Shown here in pieces: positions 1-6,917 of a DNA stretch of 58,678 nt. Source of the DNA: an uncultured bacterium. Lineage in GTDB: Bacteria > Patescibacteriota > Minisyncoccia > Minisyncoccales > UBA5738. The stretch spans positions 1 through 58,678 of the forward strand of contig CAINCQ010000039.1 in assembly GCA_903847095.1 (NCBI GenBank), read 5' to 3'. Each line of letters begins with the position of its first letter. The first letter of the stretch is position 1. The position numbers were made by a program, and so were the translations under genes. The notes beneath the pieces were generated by a model that was not told the DNA's origin, ran no database searches, and was given only the letters and a program-made list of their open reading frames with translations.

Positions 1-1809
1 CAGCATATATCATTCAATAAAGGTGGTGATTTACAAGCCTCTGGGTCTAATGAGGTGATGAGGATTGTGTTAGATAGCGGCAACGTCGGCATCGGGACGA
101 CGAGCCCCTCTTACAAATTGGATGTGAACGGCACATTGAACGCCAGTGCCACATCTACCTTTGCGGGAAGGGTGGGTATTGGGACAACCGCGCCGAACTA
201 TGCTCTTGAGGTAAATGGGGACGCATCTCTTTCAAGTGCAATATTCAGCGTATCAAATTCGCATACCGGAAGTAATGTATCTACGTTTCAAATGTTGGCT
301 CCCAATCTTGAGACAAACAAAAATACCTTTTTTACAATAGGTAAAGCAGCGAGTGTTAACAATTCATTCACACCATTTTTTCAGTATGTTGGGGACGGGA
401 GTGCAAGTAATTACTTTGGTTTTACCCCATACGGAAGTGGATCATTGGGACTGTTTGTACAAGCGAGCGGCAACGTCGGCATCGGGACGCCCAGTGCCGA
501 TGTTGCGAACCGGCCTTCTGGCTTAGTCCCGTTGGTACCCTCTGTTTCAACCGATGAGGGGTCGCGGGAACCAAAGGTACAAAAGGGACATGCCGCAATA
601 GCGGGCAACGTCGGCAGCGGGACGTGTCCCTACTGCCAATCCAAAGATTTTGTAAAGCGGGGGACGCGCCAAAAGGCGAAGGAACGGGTACAGTTGTATC
701 TTTGCCGAAATTGCCGCCGGACCTTCACGCCGTTCGCGATAAAGGGGAAAAGCTATTCTTTGCCGGTGATCATTGACGCGATCAGCTATTACAATATCGG
801 GTTTTCTTTTGAGCAAACAGCCAAGGTTTTAAAAGAAAAACAAGCGGTGGATATCCAGCCGACCACCGTTGCCAACTGGTATGAAGAATACAGGGGAATG
901 TGCGCGTACGCCCGCATGCGGCCGTTCGCGGTTAAGGAATATTCTCCTTATAACGTTGTGGAAACCGCGACTTTGGCGCACCGCCAGCTGTACCGTTTTC
1001 GCTTTCATAAAGCCAAAGCGAAGCTGATTATCAAAGAATCCTACCGGCACTATCATTTAAAACCGATGGCGGAATTTTTGGCCTTGGTTCCCAGCGAATG
1101 CCCGCACCAGTATTTTCAGGAGGGCTTGCGCGCGTCCGAAGCACCGCTGTTTTTTTCAAAAAAAGAAATGATCGTAAGAAGCAAGCAAAACTACGCCACC
1201 AAAATGGCGGGATTCGCGGTTCCGGCGGCCAGCGACAACAAGCAGCGCCACGAAACCTTGCAGAAATTCATGCTGTTCAACGATTCGGTCACGGTAGCCA
1301 CCGAAGTCCCGGTTTATTTGACACGCGAGGATTTGGCGCACATGCGGACGCAATTGGGATTCGAGGTATATCGTCCCGCTGCCGATATTGAAGCCGCCCT
1401 TCTGGGGCAGTCCCAAAGTGACGCGGGACCAAAGAGACATGCTCCTAAAAGCTATCAACTTCTGCAGCGGGACGACGAGTTGCCAAAACTCATCACCGGT
1501 CACGTTGACTTTATCCAAATCCGCAACGGCTCCATTCATATTTTGGACTACAAGCCCAACGCCGCGAAAGAAAAGCCTATTGAACAGCTTACTTTATACG
1601 CGCTGGCGTTATCGCGCCTCACCGGCTTGCGGCTGTTTGAATTCAAATGCGCGTGGTTCGACGAAAAAAACTATTTTGAGTTTTTCCCCTTGCACGTCGT
1701 GTATAAACGCAAAAAAGGCAACCGGAAGAAGATACGCACGAAAGAGGGAATATACAGCATAAACGAGAGAATGGATAAGGTGGAGAATATGTGTACGATT
1801 GAAGTCTAA
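1..1809 (+). CDS. C-terminal part of a GNVGIGT-repeat fibre/adhesin-like protein fused in frame to an IS1/InsA-like zinc ribbon and a PD-(D/E)XK nuclease (5'-partial)
   Basis: Frame is open from base 1. Three G(N/R)VGIGT repeats lie in 79-489, then CPYC-x-CRNC zinc ribbon from 625, and a GHVDFIQIRNGSIHILDYK...QLTLYALAL PD-(D/E)XK-type motif near the C-terminus. Confidence 0.75.
   Translation, partial: QHISFNKGGDLQASGSNEVMRIVLDSGNVGIGTTSPSYKLDVNGTLNASATSTFAGRVGIGTTAPNYALEVNGDASLSSAIFSVSNSHTGSNVSTFQMLAPNLETNKNTFFTIGKAASVNNSFTPFFQYVGDGSASNYFGFTPYGSGSLGLFVQASGNVGIGTPSADVANRPSGLVPLVPSVSTDEGSREPKVQKGHAAIAGNVGSGTCPYCQSKDFVKRGTRQKAKERVQLYLCRNCRRTFTPFAIKGKSYSLPVIIDAISYYNIGFSFEQTAKVLKEKQAVDIQPTTVANWYEEYRGMCAYARMRPFAVKEYSPYNVVETATLAHRQLYRFRFHKAKAKLIIKESYRHYHLKPMAEFLALVPSECPHQYFQEGLRASEAPLFFSKKEMIVRSKQNYATKMAGFAVPAASDNKQRHETLQKFMLFNDSVTVATEVPVYLTREDLAHMRTQLGFEVYRPAADIEAALLGQSQSDAGPKRHAPKSYQLLQRDDELPKLITGHVDFIQIRNGSIHILDYKPNAAKEKPIEQLTLYALALSRLTGLRLFEFKCAWFDEKNYFEFFPLHVVYKRKKGNRKKIRTKEGIYSINERMDKVENMCTIEV
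76..99 (+). repeat. 24-bp site AGCGGCAACGTCGGCATCGGGACG (encodes SGNVGIGT), copy 1
   Basis: Identical to 466-489. Confidence 0.9.
466..489 (+). repeat. 24-bp site AGCGGCAACGTCGGCATCGGGACG, copy 2
   Basis: Identical to 76-99, 390 bp downstream. Confidence 0.9.
488..624. repeat. In-frame palindromic unit A bounded by inverted copies of the GNVGIGT-coding site
   Basis: Left end cgcccagtgccgatgttgc is a degenerate inverted site; right end 604-624 matches the site at 20/21. Internal gtccc...gggac stem. 469-593 aligns ungapped to 2477-2601 at 99/125. Confidence 0.8.
1371..1475. repeat. In-frame palindromic unit C (105 bp) inside the nuclease domain
   Basis: Perfect 12-bp terminal IR tcgtcccgctgc/gcagcgggacga, with the same internal blocks (ccttctgg, agtcccaa, gacatgctcctaa) as units A and B. 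Confidence 0.8.
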
Positions 1810-1826
1810 TAAATCAGAATAATTTC

Positions 1827-2280
1827 TAATTTTCAATTTCTAATTTCTATTAAATTACCAATGAGTGAATTTTCAAACAAAAATCAAGCGTATAATTTGG
1901 AGGAACGGACTGCGAAATTCAGCGAGAATATGTTAGCGCTTGTCCGCACGATAAAAAAAGATGATATCAATCGGAACATTATTGTCCAGCTCGTGAGAGC
2001 GGCGACTTCAATTGGCGCTAATTATTGCGAGGCGAACGCATCAAGCTCAAAAAGAGATTTTAGGAACAAAATATATATTAGAAAAAAAGAAGCGAATGAA
2101 ACGAAATATTGGTTGCGGATTTTGCTGGCGTATCATCCCGAGTTAAAAGAAACAATTTTGATTCTTTGGAAGGAAGCGCATGAATTTTATCTTATTTTCC
2201 AAAAAATTACCACTACGATCGACAAGGGGTCTAAAAATTGAATAAATAGAAATTTAATAGAAATTAAAAATTGAAAATTA
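1827..2280. repeat. 30-bp inverted repeats (1827-1856 / 2251-2280) enclosing the four-helix-bundle gene
   Basis: taattttcaatttctaatttctattaaatt vs aatttaatagaaattaaaaattgaaaatta, 29/30 complementary. Left arm is built from AATTTCT-type heptamers (1821-1848). Confidence 0.9.
1861..2241 (+). CDS. Four helix bundle protein (23S rRNA IVP / TIGR02436-like family)
   Basis: NLEERT..F, QLVRAATSIGANYCEA, SKRDF, KEANETKYWL family motifs; 126 aa. Confidence 0.9.
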   Translation: MSEFSNKNQAYNLEERTAKFSENMLALVRTIKKDDINRNIIVQLVRAATSIGANYCEANASSSKRDFRNKIYIRKKEANETKYWLRILLAYHPELKETILILWKEAHEFYLIFQKITTTIDKGSKN

Positions 2281-2284
2281 TTTT

Positions 2285-2932
2285 ATGAGCACAGCTTTTG
2301 TTCCCAAAAAGCCGGTTAAGAGTTTTCTCGATTTGGAAGTGTACCAGAAGGCATTGGAATGCGCGGTTTTCGTGGCGAAGTATATTGCCGTCCCGCCGCC
2401 GGCGTTGTCCGCCGTCAGGAGCGAGTCCCAAGGGGACGCGGTACCGTCGGGATCAACGGGACATGCCGCAACATCGGGCAATTTCGGCAGCGGGACGTCC
2501 AGTGCCGACGTTGAAAGCCGGCCTTCTGGCCTGGTCCCGCGGCCGCCTTTTGTCTCGAAGGATGATGGTTCGCCGGAGCCAAAGGTACAAACGGGACATG
2601 CTCCTAACGGCGGGCAACGTTGGCAGGGTGACGCCGGGATGGCCAAGGAATTGATTTTCCACCAAATGCTTCCCTGCGCCCTTGGCCTCCCGCACCTTAT
2701 CGCCGCGGCGCATTCGGTGCGTTTTGGCAGCCAAAAAGATTGTTTGATTTTGCTGGAGCGGGCGATGTTGCATTGCAACAAGATGGTTGTTTATCTGGAA
2801 GAAACGCGCGATATCGCCGATACCGGCGTTCCTTTTGAAAAATTCAGCGAACTTACCAAAAAATATTTATATCTGCGCCAAAAAATGCTCAATCTCCAGC
2901 GCTCTTGGAAAAAATACATGAGCGAAAAGTAA
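2285..2932 (+). CDS. Four helix bundle protein with an ~85-aa repeat-derived insertion
   Basis: SFLDLEVYQKA N-terminal motif and helical C-terminal half; Pro/Gly/Ser-rich insert at about 2387-2640 corresponds to two palindromic units. Confidence 0.75.
   Translation: MSTAFVPKKPVKSFLDLEVYQKALECAVFVAKYIAVPPPALSAVRSESQGDAVPSGSTGHAATSGNFGSGTSSADVESRPSGLVPRPPFVSKDDGSPEPKVQTGHAPNGGQRWQGDAGMAKELIFHQMLPCALGLPHLIAAAHSVRFGSQKDCLILLERAMLHCNKMVVYLEETRDIADTGVPFEKFSELTKKYLYLRQKMLNLQRSWKKYMSEK
2389..2633. repeat. Two tandem in-frame palindromic units B1 (2389-2497) and B2 (2496-2633)
   Basis: 2389-2412 is an inverted site (21/24 to gcgggcaacgtcggcagcgggacg); direct sites end at 2497 and 2633; B2 is homologous to unit A. 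Confidence 0.8.
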
Positions 2933-2933
2933 T

Positions 2934-4613
2934 ATGCCGTATATTACCGCTTCACGGCTTTATGATTTTCTCCAATGCCCTCATCGGGTTTGGAGGGACA
3001 TTTACGGGCCGCTTGAGGAGAAATCCGAAGAAACCAATCCATTCGTCCGGCTTTTGTGGGATCGGGGCGTAAACCACGAAGACGCTATTCTGGCGAAACT
3101 GGGAGATTTCTTGAATTTGGAAGAAGGGTCGATCGACGAACGGTTCGGAGAAACAATGGAAGCGATGAAAAGCAAAGAACCTTTGATTTATCAAGGGGTT
3201 TTGAAATACGATAATTTGCTGGGAATACCCGATATTCTAAAAAGATCGCCCGATGGCGTTTATATACCCATTGATATCAAATCCGGCGCCGGGTTTGACG
3301 GTATCGACGAAAAGGAAGGCGGCGCGGGGAAACCGAAAAAACATTACGCGGTTCAGCTTTGTTTGTATGGCGATATTTTGAAAAAGCTTGGTTTTGCCGA
3401 TTCCATTCGCGGGGGAATAATAGATATTCGCGGCAGTGAAATCGAGTACGACCTATTGTCGCCGATGGGCGGACGAACTACGGAAACCTGGCTTGATTAT
3501 TATGAAAAGACAAAAGAACAAGTTGAATCTTTGGTAAACGATCGCGAAAAAACGTTGCCCGCCGTTTGCGGCGTTTGCAAATTATGTCCCTGGCACGATT
3601 CTTGCGAAAAGTGGTGTAAAGAATCAAAAGACCTAACCACTGTTTTTTGTCTTGGGAGAAGCTTTCGCGATAAAATAAATCAGGATTTGCTTATTGGCGG
3701 CATCGATGATTTTTTGAACATTGATGTTGGCGAAACAATGAAGCTAAAGGAAGCAACGAAATTATCAGGCGACCCTTTTTTTCTTCGCGGAATCGGCGAA
3801 AGCAGTCTTCAAAAATCGATCAATCGGGCGAAAATATTATATCAAACGAAAAAACCGGTAATTTACCGGCCAATTTATTTTCCGAAAACCCGATACGAAC
3901 TGTTTTTTGACATCGAAGATGACCCGACGCGGGAATTCGTTTATTTGCACGGGGTTTACGAAAGAAACGGCGCCAAAGAAAGATTCCGGGATTTTTGCGC
4001 GAAAGAATTTTCCGCAGCGGCGGAAAAAAACGCGTGGCGCGATTTTTGGGAATATGTTAAATCGTTGCCCCAAAATGATTTTTCGGTTTACTATTATTCC
4101 GCCCACGAAGAAACAACTTACAAAAGATTGCAAAAGCGCTATTCCGACGTAATCACAGCCGAGGAACTGGAAAATTTTTTTAACAATCCAAACGTAATCG
4201 ATCTTTACGGAATTATCCAAAAACAGACCGATTGGCCGTCCGGAAGTTATTCTTTGAAGGCATTGGCGTCATATTCGGGTTTTCATTGGAGAGACGAAAC
4301 GCCGTCGGGATCTTTGTCGATCCAATGGTTCAATGATTATTTGGAAACAAAGAATGAATCAACATTAAAGAGGATTTTGGAATACAACGAAGATGATTGC
4401 AAGGCGACAATGGCGCTAAAGGACAAGCTAGAAAAAATGAGTGGTAAGATGTTCCCAAAGTCATCCCTTTGGCGAGGATGTTATCCGGCGACTCGCAGTG
4501 ACCGCGGGAAACCAAGCTCCGCAGTGGCAAGACCACTGCTAAGCCAGCAGTGGTCTTGCCACTGCTGGCTTTTTTTGGTTCTTATGCTATTATTTTTTCA
4601 AAATTATAATTAG
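2934..4613 (+). CDS. TM0106-family RecB-like nuclease (PD-(D/E)XK plus RNase H-like 3'-5' exonuclease domain)
   Basis: ITASRLYDFLQCPH, GIPDIL, PIDIKS, QLCLY, CxxCPW, FFDIE, SYSLK and YNEDDC motifs; last ~50 codons run across the REP cluster. Confidence 0.85.
   Translation: MPYITASRLYDFLQCPHRVWRDIYGPLEEKSEETNPFVRLLWDRGVNHEDAILAKLGDFLNLEEGSIDERFGETMEAMKSKEPLIYQGVLKYDNLLGIPDILKRSPDGVYIPIDIKSGAGFDGIDEKEGGAGKPKKHYAVQLCLYGDILKKLGFADSIRGGIIDIRGSEIEYDLLSPMGGRTTETWLDYYEKTKEQVESLVNDREKTLPAVCGVCKLCPWHDSCEKWCKESKDLTTVFCLGRSFRDKINQDLLIGGIDDFLNIDVGETMKLKEATKLSGDPFFLRGIGESSLQKSINRAKILYQTKKPVIYRPIYFPKTRYELFFDIEDDPTREFVYLHGVYERNGAKERFRDFCAKEFSAAAEKNAWRDFWEYVKSLPQNDFSVYYYSAHEETTYKRLQKRYSDVITAEELENFFNNPNVIDLYGIIQKQTDWPSGSYSLKALASYSGFHWRDETPSGSLSIQWFNDYLETKNESTLKRILEYNEDDCKATMALKDKLEKMSGKMFPKSSLWRGCYPATRSDRGKPSSAVARPLLSQQWSCHCWLFLVLMLLFFQNYN
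4521..4568. repeat. REP doublet upstream of RAYT; second REP plus T-tract forms an intrinsic terminator
   Basis: gcagtggcaagaccactgc followed by inverted gcagtggtcttgccactgc; 47/48 identical to 5394-5441; followed by ttttttt. Confidence 0.9.
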
Positions 4614-4631
4614 CAGTGGCCTTGCCACTGT
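4613..4631. repeat. Single REP between a TATAAT (4605-4610) and the RAYT start codon
   Basis: gcagtggccttgccactgt, hairpin cagtggc-ctt-gccactg. Confidence 0.85.
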
Positions 4632-4643
4632 TTGACTATTCTT

Positions 4644-5381
4644 ATGTCTCAAAGAAAAGAAGAATTTATAATTGGGGAAATCTATCATATAACCGTTCGC
4701 GGGGTCGATGGGCGGCCGATTTTCATGGACGGAGAGGATGATTGGCGAATGGTTTTTTCGCTCTATGAATTTAACACAACGGAATTGGTAATAATTCGCA
4801 AACAAAGAGAAAAGAGGTTGAAATACAAAGAAATGATCCGCAGTGGTCTTGCCACTGCGGAGCTTGAAAGGCGGATGAAGGAAGACAATAGGGATAAGCT
4901 GGTGGAAATTTTGGCGTTTGTTTTTATGCCCAATCATGTCCATCTGTTGTTGCGGCAAATAAAGCCAGGAGGAATCAGCCTTTTTATGCAAAAATTAGGC
5001 TCGGGTTATCCGCGGTATTTTAACAGCCGGTATGAGCGAAAAGGACATTTGTTCCAAGATAAATTCGCCTCCAGCCATATTTCCGGAAATGATTATTTAA
5101 AGACGGTATTTGTGTATATTCACACCAATCCCATCTCGCTTGTTGAACCGCGATGGAAAGAAAAAGGCGTAGAAAATCCGGAAAATGCCATCACGTTTCT
5201 TGAGGGATATCGGTGGTCTAGTTATCTTGATTATCTGGGAAAAAATAATTTTCCCGCGCTGACAGAACGAAGTTTTTTAAACGGAGTATTTAGAGATCAA
5301 AAAACAATAAAAGAATTCGTTGATTCATGGATCAGATGTAAGTCTATAACTTGCATAAATAACAGATTCAAACAGGGATAA
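4644..5381 (+). mobile_element. REP-associated tyrosine transposase (RAYT, Y1_Tnp / IS200-IS605 TnpA superfamily)
   Basis: YHITVRG, MPNHVHLL (HUH), HLFQDKF, YIHTNP and YRWSSY motifs; flanked by REP doublets. Confidence 0.9.
4840..4858. repeat. REP embedded in frame in the RAYT CDS
   Basis: gcagtggtcttgccactgc is identical to 4547-4565 and lies within the codons for RSGLATA. Confidence 0.9.
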
Positions 5382-5393
5382 GTTGTTAATCCA

Positions 5394-5441
5394 GCAGTGG
5401 CAAGACCACTGCTAAGCCAGCAGTAGTCTTGCCACTGCTGG
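5394..5441. repeat. REP doublet downstream of RAYT
   Basis: Direct repeat of 4521-4568 with 1 mismatch. Confidence 0.9.
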
Positions 5442-5551
5442 AGTGGGGCTAAGCGCGCGGTTTTGGCTATTGAAAAAGGGGCGGGGGGCAGCTATATTAT
5501 TCATATGGCGTGTTGTGTGTTTTATTCCGGCCTCTGTCCGGGTGGTTTGGT

Positions 5552-6658
5552 ATGAATTTTATTTTAAATCATTTTAAAAAACTGGATTGGGTTTTGATTT
5601 TTTCGGCTCTTGGTTTGGTTTTGATGGGATTTTTGTCGGTTTACAGCAGTTCCCTTCATTCCGGGAATTTCACCAATTTGGAAAAGAACATCGCCTTTTT
5701 CGCGGTTGGTTTTTTTCTGATGTTTCTTTTCAGCTTTTTCGACTGGCGGATATTCCGGGAGAATCCTTACTTGATTTTGATCCTCTATTTTTTTTCCATA
5801 GCGTTGTTGTTTGGCTTGTATTTTTTCGCGCCCGCGACCCGCGGCGTCAGGACCTGGTATAAACTTGGTCCGTTTTCCATCGATCCGATCGAAATAACGA
5901 AAATTTCACTCCTTATTCTGCTGGCAAAGTATTTTTCGTCCCGCCATGTCGAAATGTACCGGATCAAACATGTTTTTCTTTCAGGGGTATACGTTCTCAT
6001 TCCGGTTGCTTTGATCTTTTTCCAGCCCAATCTTGGTTCCTGTCTGGTGATCCTTTCTCTCTGGCTCGGGATATTGGTGATCTCGGGTATTAAATTGCGG
6101 CATTTTTTGTTTTTGATGCTGGCTTTTATGATGGTTTTCGCTTCCGGATGGATTTTCTTTTTGAAGGATTACCAGAAAGCCCGGATAATGAGCTTTTTTA
6201 TTCCCTATGACCCTTTGGGCATTTCCTGGAGCCAGAACCAGTCCAAGATCGCGGCTGGCATCGGCGGACTTTTCGGCAAGGGGATAGGCAACGGTTCCCA
6301 GACCCAGTACGGTTTTTTATCCGAACCTCAGACCGATTTTATTTTCGCGGCGGTCGCCGAGGAAATGGGGATCGCCGGCATAGCGGTATTGTTGATGCTT
6401 TTTTTGCTGGTAATTTGGAGGATAACCAAGATAGCCCAAGGCGCTCACGATAATTTTTCCAAACTATTCGTTCTTGGATTCGCTGTTTTGCTGGTTGCCC
6501 AGATAATAATCCATATCGGGATGAATATCGGGTTTTTACCGATCATCGGGCTGCCTCTGCCTTTCTTGAGCTATGGCGGATCGAACATGATAGCGACTTT
6601 CATGATCATCGGGATCCTGCAAAGCATCATGGTCAATCCCCATTCCGAATTGTTTTAA
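5552..6658 (+). CDS. rodA: Rod shape-determining protein RodA (SEDS family)
   Basis: Multi-TM protein with YQKARI, QSKIAAGIGGLFGKG, EPQTDFIF and LPFLSYGGS motifs; candidate promoter ttgaaa-17-tatatt at 5470-5498. Confidence 0.85.
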   Translation: MNFILNHFKKLDWVLIFSALGLVLMGFLSVYSSSLHSGNFTNLEKNIAFFAVGFFLMFLFSFFDWRIFRENPYLILILYFFSIALLFGLYFFAPATRGVRTWYKLGPFSIDPIEITKISLLILLAKYFSSRHVEMYRIKHVFLSGVYVLIPVALIFFQPNLGSCLVILSLWLGILVISGIKLRHFLFLMLAFMMVFASGWIFFLKDYQKARIMSFFIPYDPLGISWSQNQSKIAAGIGGLFGKGIGNGSQTQYGFLSEPQTDFIFAAVAEEMGIAGIAVLLMLFLLVIWRITKIAQGAHDNFSKLFVLGFAVLLVAQIIIHIGMNIGFLPIIGLPLPFLSYGGSNMIATFMIIGILQSIMVNPHSELF

Positions 6659-6699
6659 GAGGGGAGTAAAATCCCCTGGTTTTTCCACAGTTTTTAGGT

Positions 6700-6728
6700 T
6701 TGCATTCGAAATTTTTATTGTCTATAAT
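6700..6728 (+). promoter_or_regulatory. Sigma70-type promoter
   Basis: ttgcat-17 bp-tataat. Confidence 0.6.
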
Positions 6729-6731
6729 TAT

Positions 6732-6893
6732 TAGACCTACTGCTTAAATATTTCCTACTGCAATTTTCATATTCCGGCTACGCCAAATTCATCACTCGTC
6801 GACATACTTAGTTTAAGTATGTCTCCTCGTTCTTCATTCGGCTCGCTCGAAATATGAAACTTTCGCTACGGAAATATTTAAGCAGTAGGTCTA
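6732..6893. mobile_element. MITE / palindromic element copy 1 (162 bp)
   Basis: Perfect 24-bp terminal IR tagacctactgcttaaatatttcc; homologous to 34482-34670. Confidence 0.85.
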
Positions 6894-6917
6894 ATAATAA
6901 AAGTCAAAAAAAGAAAT

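Noticed and set aside
625-900. Intact IS1/IS1595-type insertion sequence suggested by the zinc ribbon
   Set aside because: The downstream domain has PD-(D/E)XK motifs rather than a DDE transposase, and no element-bounding TIRs or target duplication were found.
469-2633. Diversity-generating retroelement (Avd-like four-helix bundles plus a ~125-bp repeat pair as TR/VR)
   Set aside because: Mismatches between the copies involve all four bases rather than adenines of one copy, and there is no reverse transcriptase in the window. An RT upstream of base 1 cannot be excluded.
3551-3566. 16-bp exact inverted match to 2606-2621 inside the TM0106 gene
   Set aside because: Only half of the site, no partner arm, and a single 16-mer match can arise by chance in a window this size.
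4521-5441. CRISPR array
   Set aside because: The repeats are inverted palindromic doublets without regular unique spacers, there are no cas genes, and they are explained as RAYT REPs.
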